From: the human T2T-CHM13v2.0 reference genome, Homo sapiens
NCBI RefSeq assembly: GCF_009914755.1
Contig: NC_060938.1
Reading direction: 5' to 3' (one strand)
DNA: 64,000 nt
Part shown: positions 1 through 13,351 of the stretch, in pieces
Position numbering within the stretch: the first letter of the stretch is position 1
Layout of the letters: each line of letters begins with the position of its first letter
Notes under the pieces: generated by a model
What the model was told of the DNA's origin: nothing
Database searches by the model: none
What the model saw: only the letters and a program-made list of their open reading frames with translations
Made by a program: the position numbers and the translations under genes

Positions 1-46
1 CAGAGGGAGACCCTGTCTCAAAAAAATAAATAAATAAAATTAAAAA
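1..46 (+). mobile_element. Alu 3' end and tail (cut by window edge)
   Basis: gagaccctgtctc followed by an A-rich tail. Confidence 0.85.
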
Positions 47-232
47 GGCAAAGACATGACCCTTCTATGTCTCTTAAATGTTCATTAACACCACATCTAA
101 AACAACTGCCACTTCAGCTGTGGAAGCTCTATTAGGGAATTCTAGAAGGCATAATCCTGGGCACTAACCTACCAGCCAAGGGTGCCTGTGAATTATAGTA
201 CCTTCCCTCTTCCAAAAGGTAGAACCTGCTAG

Positions 233-574
<342 letters not shown>

Positions 575-1303
575 AAGATGCCCAACTCTTAAGGAGAGAA
601 AACTTCATGAGGCATTGCAGTACAGACCAGGCAGGATGCTCCAGACGTCTTGGGTTCACTCACAGGGAATATTTCTTTCTGTCAAATAAGGAGGTTACCC
701 TGACACATTTCAGACAAAAAACAAGCTGGCATCTTTTGGCTTGGGGATACAACAGAGTCTGGTCTGATCCTGCTTTTAACTTCTTTATGAACGAATTATA
801 GCACCACTTGTCTTTCTTAAAGTTTCCTCAGATCCCATCAGAAAATTTTCTGATGACCAGCATATGCCCACAGTAGAGTATAAAACAGAACTACCCAGCC
901 ACTGAAGTCAACTTTAGCTCTAAATGAAAGTTTTATGTCTCCTGAGCTTCCAAACAGGAAAATTATATCATGGCTGACAGTAAAGTAATTTAATTGCACT
1001 GTTGCTATGACAACATGCTGCTCTCTTTCTTTTTAATTTGCTTATTTGTCAGTAGCTTCCCAGAGGAACTAACACGCTATTCTCCATGTTTCCTTTTGTT
1101 TTAAACAAACACTGCCAGCAATATGGTTTTAGGAGAAAAAGTGGCATTGTCACGAAGAGAGGGTTATGGGAGTTCAGTACCCTTGGATCATGTGTGCGTT
1201 TTGTGCTGGGACCCCGTACTCTCCAACCACTCACTGCATCCCTATAAATCCCGCATTTTATACCAACAGGGTGAAGAGCTGCTGATCACTACAGTTCCAT
1301 GTA

Positions 1304-1354
1304 AAAACAAAACAAAACAACAATAACCAAAAAAAAAAAAAAAAAAAAAAAAAA
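1304..1354. repeat. (AAAAC)n plus poly(A) tract
   Basis: Read directly. Confidence 0.85.
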
Positions 1355-1566
1355 CAGTTCCCAGAAACCACAGCTGAGGAGTTTTCCATTATTATACTCT
1401 AACTACAGATTTCGCCAAATCTTTTTTTCCTCCTGTTTCAGAGGGAAAAAAAAAGAATCTGGATCATGTGAGTTGCAGTTAAGCAAACATTTTTAATCTG
1501 CTGCCAACAAGGCTGCTCCACCAGATACGCAAATAGTTATTCACTGGTGACCTCCTTACAACTTTT

Positions 1567-1570
<4 letters not shown>

Positions 1571-1602
<32 letters not shown>
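1571..1602. repeat. (AC)16 microsatellite
   Basis: Read directly. Confidence 0.95.
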
Positions 1603-1605
<3 letters not shown>

Positions 1606-1841
1606 CTTTTGTTTTTTTTATGACTTGCTGTGTTTTGTTACCCTCTTTATTTTTTAACGGAGAAAATGCGGCAAGAAAGCTTAGTTTCTCGCCTAGTAAA
1701 CAGAAGGTCTCCAAATAACTGACAAAGACATTACTGGCCCAGCTCTGAACAGATGTTCGATGCGAACTTTAAAAAGTTAAGAAATCTTCCCAGAGCCGAG
1801 CAGTAGCGAGTTTGGGGGGCCGGGTCACCCCCGCCCACCCA

Positions 1842-1867
1842 GCACGCGCGCGCGCGCACGCACGCGC
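1842..1867. repeat. Alternating purine-pyrimidine tract with (CG)6
   Basis: gcacgcgcgcgcgcgcacgcacgcgc. Confidence 0.9.
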
Positions 1868-1879
1868 TTCACTCTCGTC

Positions 1880-2100
1880 TACTGTACTTGTCAAAAACAT
1901 TTCAAGGGGACCTGCGGGAGTGGCGATTGGCTGCACCCCGCGTCAATCAGCGGCGTTGCCGGGCAACGGGGGAAACTGCTCTTATCCCCATATACAGGGC
2001 AATTGGGAGCTCGCATACCTTCACTGCCGGTCAGATGTCATAAACCTTTTATTGGCCGCACCGCGGCGAGCCTCGAAAACAAATCAATAAAAGCCCGCCG
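1880..2100 (-). promoter_or_regulatory. Second (intronic) promoter-like module: CCAAT boxes plus RFX X-box
   Basis: ATTGG at 1926, 2002 and 2051 (CCAAT on minus strand); palindrome CGTTGCC-G-GGCAACG at 1954-1968. Confidence 0.55.
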
Positions 2101-2589
2101 TCCCCCAACTTATCCAGGGCCCAAGGAGGGTTTCAAACAGGGCCGGGATGAGGGGGGTCGGGCCTCGGGGGTCTCCGGAGACGTTCGTTGCCTGTGCCAA
2201 GTCTGCACAGTTTGGCCGGGGGGTGATCTTTGTTAGGAGCCTGTTTCTCATCTTGGGGTCTCCACTTGATCGGAACCCCCTCCCCGGCCCGGAACGGCGG
2301 GGACCCCGTCCTCCGCAGACAATACCAACTCTGTTCCTTGCGGGCGTCTTTTCGGAAACCGAGGCACCGGGAAGCAGCACGCACGTCGGGGCAGGAAACT
2401 CTTCGGACCCGGCAACTTCCCGGCTCGGGGGCTCCCGGGGTCCACACCCGACCCTCCCCCCAGGACCTGCGGGGTCCCTCGTCTTCCCAGAGCGGCGAGG
2501 TAGTCTCCAGGACCGTCTCGGACGCGCCTCCCGCCCCGGGTGCCCCCCGAGCCCACGCGGGAGCCGGCAGGAGCGGGGTGCAAACTCAC

Positions 2590-2952
2590 CTGGCCGGAGC
2601 GGGGCACGGGGGTGCGGGGGCGCCGCTGCCCTTCAGCAGGAGCCGACAAACTTTCGCGGGCGCCCGGCGGGCATCGCTCGGTGGCCCCGCTAAGGACGCG
2701 CGGGCGCGGCGCGGCGAGCCCGGGGCGGCGGGCGGCGGGGGGCGGCCGCGGGCGCGGGCGGCAGGGGCGCGGGGGTCGCGGCGCGGCATGGGACCTGCGG
2801 CGTCCGCCGGGCGCGCCGCGCGTCCTCCCGCCGGCCCCGCCGCTCTCCCCGCCCCGTCCCGCCTCCCGCTCGCCTCCGCCGCGGCGCGTCGGGCCGGGGC
2901 GCGCCGAGCGGCGAGAAATTGTTTCCACTGCAAACAAAAAAAGGCGACACAT
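2590..2952 (-). other. FOXN3: Non-coding first exon (5' UTR), probably FOXN3
   Basis: Canonical donor CAG|GTGAGT (exon ends 2590, GTGAGT = 2589-2584). TSS approximated at a TCA initiator-like site near 2952 below a pyrimidine-rich tract. Gene name from recalled locus architecture, not from a search. Confidence 0.68.
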
Positions 2953-3069
2953 GACCAGGCAGGAGGAGGGGAAGCGCGGGGAGGGAGGAGGGCGGAGGGA
3001 GGGACAGAGCGGAGGGCGGAGGGAGCCGGAGAAAGGGAAAACGTGGGCCTGGCCGCCAGCGGCCTGGGG

Positions 3070-5570
3070 CGCGGGGCACTGACCCGCCGGGGCGGACCCT
3101 GCCCGCGCCCCTCGCGCGCCCCAGCACTCAGCCAGGGCGGAGGCCGGGGCTGGGCCGCGCGGCCTCGCCTCTTGGGCCCCGCGGGGCGGGGGTGACCGGC
3201 GCGGGTCCCGCGACCCAGGGCGGCCGCGACCGTGGGCGGTGGGGCAGGTGGGTCAGGCGGCGCGTGCCCTGTCCCCTCCCCGGGCTCCGGCCACACGAGC
3301 GGGCCGGCGCTGCGCTGCTGGCAACGTGTCGCGGGAACGCTCCTACCCCATCTGCATGCCTTACATGGCTCGAAAGTAAAAATAAAAAGAATTACGCTGC
3401 GGGCGAGGCTTGTGGGGGTGAGAAGAGGAGATTCCACGTCTCCCCAGTGCTGCGTCCTGATAGGACCCCCAGGGCCTTCCGAGCCCTCTCCCAGCGACCA
3501 CCTCGTGTCCCGGAGGTAAGCACCGCAGCGTCCCACCCAGGTGGCCGCGTGTCTCCCGAGGGAGGGCCGGTGGCCATTACAAGACAAGAGGCACCGTCCT
3601 AAAGGCCACGCCGGTGGGGCCTCTCAAGTGGGTTGTGCGGAACGCCCCGGCCGGCCTAGAGAGAAAACAGGTCTCATTTCCATCTCAGTTTGAGCTCTCA
3701 GGAACCAGACTGACAATTCGCAAGCCACCCAGAGAAATGGTGCAGCCACCACTCTAAGTCTCTAGGCACCTCCAAATAATAGCACCCACTGCTAAAGCCA
3801 CACCAACCAGCCGCCTTGGGAGAGGATGAGAGGAGAGAGTCCAACAGGACACCCTGGTGGTGACAAAAATAAAAATGTGATTGCACATTACTCCCAGGTA
3901 GCCAAATTGGTTGGTTCCTCTACAGAGGAGAAGCCCAGGGCACCCTTCCTGCCACCCCCTCCTGAGCCAGTGGACAGGACATCGTGAGCGGTCTGAAAAC
4001 TACAGAAAAAAACAGCGAGTAGACCTGGAGAAAGCTTTCTAGCATGCAGTACTTTTAAACCTAGCCAAAAGGAGGGACTAAGGGAAACACCAGTTAGGCT
4101 TCTGAAAATTTTTTCTATCTCAAAAAATAGACCCCCCCCCCCCAATCTGAGAGTCATTCCCCCTAACAAAGGTTCAAGAGGGCAGGTGACAAGTCTTCAG
4201 CAAAGATGTGCCTTTCAGACTCACCGGAGACCTTACTACTTCCAAGTTGTGTGGCATCTCCCCATCTGGAGACAATTAGGAGGTGGAAGCCCAGGGGTAG
4301 CCTGAGGTCATCCAGCCCCACCCCTTTGATTACTGAGCACTTGATGCGACCTACCCAAAGTCACTGAGCAAAAGGCACAAGGTGGCAGAGACAAGTCAGA
4401 TGATCTTTGAAGTCTCACGCCAGAGATTCTCAGGGTTAGAAGTGGTAACAAAGCCAGGATGAGACAATGTGTACCGCTTTCCTGTAGCTCCGGCTAATGC
4501 AGGTCCTGCCCCTCCATCAGCGCGTCAGTTGAGGGTGCTTATTCTCCGCCAGAGGAACCAAGGCCAGAGACCTTTGTCCAAGCCCTTGCTGGCCTAGAGA
4601 GGACGAAGTCGCCCCCTTACATCTTCCTCTTCCATCCCCAGCCCCCAACCCCACCCCCAAGTCCCCCAGCTACACTCACACAATAGCCAGAAATCTCTTT
4701 ATATTAAGTAGAGGTGGCACCTTATTTTCACCGGCCCCAGTCCCCTCCTGCTTTCTCAGAGTTCAAAAAGAGGGGATGTGAGCCAAAGGTGATTGTACAT
4801 GGAATATGTCATTCCATGTGTGTTTTTGCTTCTTGCATTCTCAAACATATTTCTTAATTTCTCTCTCCCATTACAGTTGCAGCAAGAGATGTGAGAAGGT
4901 GTCACCCTGAAGAGGAAGTGGTGGACCAGCCCTGCCTGATGTGGACAGCAGGGGACACATGTCTGCCTGTCGGTCTATCTGAAATGGGGGAAAAAATGCT
5001 GAAAGCCAAAGGAGGGCTTAATGTGGCCTTTTCCACCTTCTAATTCCATAGAACCTCAGCTCTGGGACTTGCTTCCTGACCTAGGGTGCAGGGGCCAAAT
5101 TTGTTTGGGAACAACCCCATTCACAATTCCCCATGAACTTTCAGAAAGGACCCTTGCGTCTTAGGTCCTGAGAAGTCACAAATAAGCAAGCTGCATTGTC
5201 TAATGTCTTGTCTACACTGTTTTACAAACACATTTAACAGCCGAATTGTATATGTGCCCTAGAAATCACTTTGAGAAACACTTATTTCCTGATAGAGGAC
5301 TTGATGGGACCATTCTGCAGCCCCATCTGAGCATGGGCTGGAGAGTACATAAGTATCTGGGAGCTGGAAGTCCTCAATTCCAGGCTTATCTGCCCCCATC
5401 AGCGTGGGACCTCAGTTCCTCCTCCAAGGAGAAGAGCGCCCCTCCCTTGATGTTTTGTGCATTCTTTTGCTAAATGTTTCTCTGGTCAAGAACTTTAATC
5501 CCCCTACACACACACTGTATTGGTTATTAGAGCAGCATGGCTATTTATGGAATAGTTAAGTATAAAACCC
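3070..5570 (+). ncRNA. FOXN3-AS1: Divergent two-exon antisense lncRNA (exon 1 ~3070-3515; exon 2 from 4877 or 4883 to ~5510-5580)
   Basis: Donor GAG|GTAAGC at 3515/3516; branch-point-like TCTTAAT 4852-4858, pyrimidine tract and TACAG acceptor ending 4876; only a non-canonical TATAAA (5561) near the 3' end. Ends approximate. Confidence 0.62.
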
Positions 5571-6795
5571 GATATACCTTGCCCCCCTTGAGGCAGTACA
5601 ACTGAGTAGGTGAGCAGGTGCAGTCGGGAAGACCTGAGAGACTGCCCAAAATAGGAAGAGTCCGAGGCAGGCCTGGAAAGACAGTCTTCTGGGGAGGGAT
5701 CCTGCAAAGAGACTCCAGTACAAAGGATATATGAGAGGAAATACGGGGAGGCTGGGCAGGCACACACCGCTGGCCTGCACAGAACCATATTCCTTTCGTG
5801 CTTCCCTCTATAGGTGACTCCACTCTCTACCCTGCAGGTTGGCTTCCTCTGCTCAATGATAACCACACAGGGCTGCCAGCAGCAAGCCCTGAGGCCTTCT
5901 GACTTTTAGCACCCACCACCTTTGAACTGCCTCAAACCTTCCATGACATAGTTTAACTTCTCAGGGAAATAGTGCGATTGGCCTAGCCTGAGTCACATGA
6001 CTCCCCTACGCGCATGGCCCCCCACCACTCCCTACTGCTAACAGCTGAGACAAGGGACATGGTGAAACATCTGGGGAAGGGAGGGGAGATGACTTTGGAA
6101 GTGGGATATCTAATAAGGGTGGGTTGCTGTTTAACCTGTGGAAATGGGGAAGGGGTGTTCTTGACCTGAGCTTCTCACCTGGGGATGCCCATCAGAACCA
6201 TCCAGAAGCCACACCTAACCAACTAGAGTCTTCTAGGATGGTGCCTGGATATGTGTATTTTGAGAAAGCACAAGGGGATGATTTTGCTTACAAACTGCTG
6301 TTCCAAGAGAAATCGATGGCACAGAATTACCAAATCTGACTTGATTGTAGTAGAAGAGGAACTCATTCACTGAACAAATATTTGCTGAGTGCCTACCAAG
6401 TGCATGGCATTGTGTTAGCTGCCAGAGATAGACGGTCTTTGTCCCTAAAGAGCACACAGATTAGTGGGTAAGAGTGCAAGCATCATATCACCAAACTCCT
6501 TGAATAGCAGGGTGAGCAATTTATATGTGTTAAGGTCAGAGGGCAAAGGTGGCTCACTGAATATTTTTGAGCCCAGAAGTTGTATTATCAGAGATACGAA
6601 TTAAAAAAAAAAAAAAAAGATAAATGGGGATGGTGGATCCAAGATGAATTTCGGGAGAGGAAGAGAGAAACTGGAAGATCAAAAACCAGCAGAACAACTC
6701 AGAAATCATTGCAGTAATTCATACAAAACAGAATGAAGACTGTTTAAGAAAAAAAAAAATTGGGGAAAAAAGGCTAAAATAGTGGTTCCTTCTGA

Positions 6796-7573
<778 letters not shown>

Positions 7574-7609
7574 TAAACACCCATTACATATATACATACA
7601 TATATACAT

Positions 7610-7891
7610 TAATTTATTTGACAGAGTCTGGCTCTGTCATCCAGGCTGGAGCACAGTGGTGCAATCATAACTCACTGCAGCCTCGAACTCCTAGACTCAA
7701 ACAATCCTCCTTCCTCAGCCTCCAAGTAGCCAGGACTACAGGCGCATGCCACCATGCCAGGCTAATTTTTCTGTAGAGATGGGGTCTCGCTATTTTGCCC
7801 AGGCTGGTCTCAAACTCCTGGTCTCAAGCAATCTTCCGGCTTCGGCCTCCCAAAGTGCTGGGATTACAGGCATAAGCCACCGCACCTGGCC
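7610..7891 (-). mobile_element. Alu (AluJ-like)
   Basis: Antisense Alu with J-type positions (tcataactcactgcagcctcgaactcc). Confidence 0.9.
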
Positions 7892-7939
7892 CATTACATT
7901 TATAATGTTATAAGGGGGTTGAGGGGTCGTCCACTGGAG

Positions 7940-8119
7940 CAGTGGTTCTCAAACTCGTGTATGCATAGGAATTACCTGAAGGGCTTGTTAAAACACAAAC
8001 TGCAGGGCCCACCCCCAGAGTTTCTGGTTGGGGAGGTGTGGGCTGGGCTTGAGGATGTGAATCTCTCACAAGCTCCCAGGTGAGGCTGCTGGTCTGTGGA
8101 CCCACTTCAAGACCCAGTG
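7940..8119. mobile_element. MER5A-like hAT-Charlie MITE
   Basis: cagtggttctcaaact...gggcttgttaaaacaca...gacccagtg matches the recalled MER5A layout. Confidence 0.75.
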
Positions 8120-8919
8120 AATCAGAAGAGTCAGTGAGACTGGAACAAATGAACGCAAGACAGTCTTCAAAGGAAGAACCAAGAGGATTTGTCAAATGAT
8201 TGAATATGAGAAGAGAGGGGGAGATTATGTTCAAAGATAACTCCTTAATCATGGGTTGACTAAGAGTCTCTTTGAGATAAGGTCTGAGAACGCTGTTTGT
8301 AAGAGTAAAAAAACTCCTCACTTTCCCGCTGTGGAAAAGAGACGGCGCCCCTCGGCTGGAAGACCCTTAACATCTTGGTGTGTGTAAAGTCTTGGTCAAA
8401 CATCATTTGAACTTTCTGGTCACCGTCTCTTGGGATTTTCCTTTTGTGCCTTCTTGCTGTTTACTTGACAGATTCTGAAGGGTGGAGCCTGGGAAAGGGC
8501 TTATTAGAATTTCTCCAGCAGGGAATGCAGCCAGGCTTACTTTAAGAGGGAAGCAGGGTGTGTAGTAAGGGAAAGTACAGCTGAACTGGTAGGGTGAAGT
8601 TCATCAGCTCAGGTGCCCTCGCCAAACCTGAGCTTGTCAAGCCGGCTGCTGGAGGCAAAATGGAAATATAGAACCTGTCAACTCCTCTTTGAGCATAAAC
8701 ACAAGTGTGAGCCGATGATCTAGAATCCAGATTTACTCAATTAATTCCGTCAACAAGTAAGCATCTAGCTCCTCTATGCCCAGTAAAGAGTGGAGGGGAC
8801 TGGGAAGAGGCCAGGAGAAACAGAAGACACGGCACCTGCCCTCAGGGAGGAGTAGGTCTATGAGCATTTATAAAGCAACCACAAATAAGCAAACACACAC
8901 ACAGAGTCTAATACCAAGA

Positions 8920-9125
8920 CCAGTAGTGGGGAGGCGCAGTGGTTAGACACAGACTAGGTTCATACTCTGATCTTACCACTTACTAGCAGGTTAACCTCAG
9001 TCAAGGTTCTTAACTTCTTTCTATCTACCTAGTTTTCACTTCATAGGACTGTTGTGAAGATTAAATAAATTAATCTTTGTAAGGAACATAAAACAGGGCT
9101 CTGGCACTTAGTGAACACTATTTTT
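8920..9125 (+). mobile_element. MIR remnant
   Basis: Core-like ttaccacttactagc...gttgtgaagattaaataa...ggcacttagtgaacact. Confidence 0.65.
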
Positions 9126-9199
9126 ATTAAGCCAACAAATCAAAATGAAAATCTTGACATATTAGACTGCATACCAATTTAGAATTGTGTGTAAAATCA

Positions 9200-9620
9200 G
9201 GGGTCATAAATAAAATTTAAAAACAAATGAAATATTGGACATGCAGATGAAAACAGGGTTAATATTTTAAATTTATAAATCTTACAACTCAATGAGAAAA
9301 AAATTATCACTCTAATAAGAAAAGGGGCAAATTCACAAAAAGAGAAACAAAAATGAGACTATCCCCATGAAAAGACGCTCAAAACTGTAAAAATCAAAGA
9401 AATGCAAATTAAAGCAATTGTGATATCTCATTTCATCTATCAGAATGGCAGAGACTTAAAAGAACTAACCATGCCAATGTTGGTTGAAGGCACTGGTGGG
9501 AAGTGGTATAACTTTTCAAGAGGACAGTCGCAAAACAAATTAAAATTTCAGTGAGCACGGACAGCCACTGATCCTAAATTTCCAACTTCTAGGAATTTAT
9601 CCTTGGGAGATCCTATAAGA
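9200..9620 (+). mobile_element. Old L1 (L1M-type) fragment
   Basis: aatcaaagaaatgcaaattaaagcaat...ttctaggaatttatcc resembles the L1M 3' region. Confidence 0.6.
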
Positions 9621-10316
9621 GAGTTAACTTCCCCACCAGACTGACTACTGGGAAGAGGCAATAAACCCCAGGAAAGCAGGACTCCAGCCTATTAGATTCA
9701 GCAGTGCACACCTGGCATTTATGCCTGGCAGAAGACACTCAATAAATATGTATTGAATAAATTAACTGAAGGAAGCAACAATGTATTTAGGAGGATTTTG
9801 CTGGGACGTTGTTTAAAATCACAAAAACTTGGAAATTGCTGAAATAAGAGGCCAGAGGCATATTATTACATTCTGTGGGGCACAGTGGGGCCATGTTCCC
9901 TTTGTTCCCTTTCATTTGCATTTTCCAGTAGTTTTAAGTGAGGCTTTCCCTTTTCTGAATCATTTTCACATTCTCAGAGACTGTACGTGTGAAACAATTT
10001 GCAAAGATTTCATAAAGTAAGAGTTTAGGGGAAAATGAATATGTTGGCAAAGCGCTTCACAAAATTAAAGCATTCTGTGATCTTTTCAATCAGGAGGGAC
10101 AAAACGATCCCCTTCTGAAAAGCCTGGTGCTCTGAGCAAACAGGAGAATTGCTAAGTACAACAAACATTATATCCTGTGTTATGAGGTCTATTGTCTGGC
10201 CGTGGGAAGTCTTTTGGTTTATAGGTTTTGAATATCAAACTTTCTCTACAAACTCTTACGCAGGTTCCAAGATTCAAGAGTTCAAAATACTCTTGAATTA
10301 AGAATTTGTGGGGGAA

Positions 10317-10568
10317 GGCAGGTGCGGTGGCTCACACCTATAATCTTAACATTTTGGGAGGTCGAGGCTGGGGATTGCTTGAGCCTAGAAGTTCGAGACC
10401 AGCCTGACAACATAGGGAGATCTATGACTCTACAAAAAAAAAAAAAAATAGAAAAATTAGCCAGGCATGGTGGCACGTGCCTATAGTCCCAGCTACTCAG
10501 GAGGCTAAGGTAGGAGGTTCACTTGAGCCCTGGAGGTTGAAGCTACAGTAAGCCGTGATCATGCCACT
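10317..10568 (+). mobile_element. Alu (AluJ-like, 3' truncated)
   Basis: Sense Alu lacking its tail. Confidence 0.9.
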
Positions 10569-10684
10569 AAATGTGGTTACAAGTTATTTTTATTTTTCAG
10601 ATCTGATAGAAAATCTGTGCCCAGCTGAGTTACCCCACATGACCAGAGCTACTAATGCTTCTCCTGCCCCAGGGATATTCGTGA

Positions 10685-11407
<723 letters not shown>

Positions 11408-11936
11408 TAGTAGTTGTGTTCTATAAAGTGTCACAAACACTGAATTAACAAATCCTGAATCATTGCTCCTAGGGGAAATATGGGGTTAGGTTCCTGTGAG
11501 CCTCCACTCACAACCCTTTCATCAACCAATGAAAACTTAATTTTACTGATATATTATCACATCATAATTTTGTTGATATTTATTTTATCTGTGTTTCCAT
11601 TTAAGAAGCTTTTTGAATATATATTGTTGTTCATTCACAACGAACTGTGCCAGAATGACGCTTATCTAATACACATTTTATCCATAAGGCATACCACAGC
11701 CTTCCTGTACTTAGAAACACTAGATAGCATTTCAGCAGTGCTTGGGCTCCGTTTCAAACAGCAAAATGAACAAAAATGCAAAAAATGTGGTACTAAACAG
11801 ACCACAAAAAGGACACTTGGAAAGCCAAAACAAGCGGGCAGAATATCACTTTGTTCACCCTCAGCTGGGAACGTGCACACTGAATGACTCATTTGTACGT
11901 GTCCATGAGTGACCACAAAAGCACCAGGAGTACTGA

Positions 11937-12244
11937 TTTTTTTTTTTTTTTTTTTTTTTTTTTGAGACAGGGTCTTGCTCTTGTCACCCAGGGTGGAGCG
12001 CAGTGGCATGACCTCAGCTCATTGCAATCTCTGCCTCCCAGGTTCAAGTGATTATCCCTGCCTCAGCCTCCTGAGTAGCTGGGATTACAGGCGCCCACCA
12101 TCACGCCCAGCTAATTTTTTTGTATTTTTAGTAGAGACAGGGCTTCACCATGTTGGCCAGGCTGGTCTAGAACTCCTGACCTCAGGTGACCCACCCGCCT
12201 CGGCCTCCCAAAGTGCTGGGAAGGCCTGAGCCACCATGCCCGGG
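11937..12244 (-). mobile_element. Alu (AluSx-like) inside MER82
   Basis: TSD caggagtactgatttt on both sides. Confidence 0.95.
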
Positions 12245-12334
12245 CAGGAGTACTGATTTTGAGATTACAGGTAAATTTTAGCAAGAGGGTGAATTCGCAA
12301 ATACAAAAACTACCAATGATGAGGACTGACTGCA

Positions 12335-12600
12335 TTTAACAAACACCGAAATAGCACTTAACTGGATGCCAGACAGTGTTCTAAAGCTCCGAAAATATTC
12401 ACTCATTTCAGCCTCACATTAATCATGTGAAGTAGGTACTATTATTATCCCCATTTTATCAACTGAGATTCTGAGGCACAGAGAGGTTTGGCCACTTGCT
12501 CATAACACACAGCCGGTAAATGATGGGGCTGGGAATTGAACCCACACAGTGAGTTTGGGAAAGCTTCAGAACACCTGGCTTCTTAGAGAACCTCTCAGGG
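12335..12600 (-). mobile_element. MIR
   Basis: gtaggtactattattatccccatttt...tgaggcacagagaggtt. Confidence 0.75.
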
Positions 12601-12605
12601 GCCTA

Positions 12606-13351
<746 letters not shown>

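Larger units (their letters stand above)
1790..3660. promoter_or_regulatory. CpG island / divergent promoter
   Basis: Very high GC and dense undecayed CpG, GC boxes, and outward-facing splice donors on both strands (2589 minus, 3516 plus). Confidence 0.95.

Noticed and set aside
1988-2055. CArG-like CCATATACAGG and CCTTTTATTGG
   Set aside because: Neither fits CC(A/T)6GG exactly.
1940-3535. Several GACGC (FOXN-type FHL) motifs in the island
   Set aside because: The count is about what the island's GC content predicts.
2084-3602. Long overlapping ORFs (181-333 aa) on both strands
   Set aside because: Expected stop-codon scarcity in a CpG island; low-complexity R/G/P/A products, no domain, many non-ATG starts.
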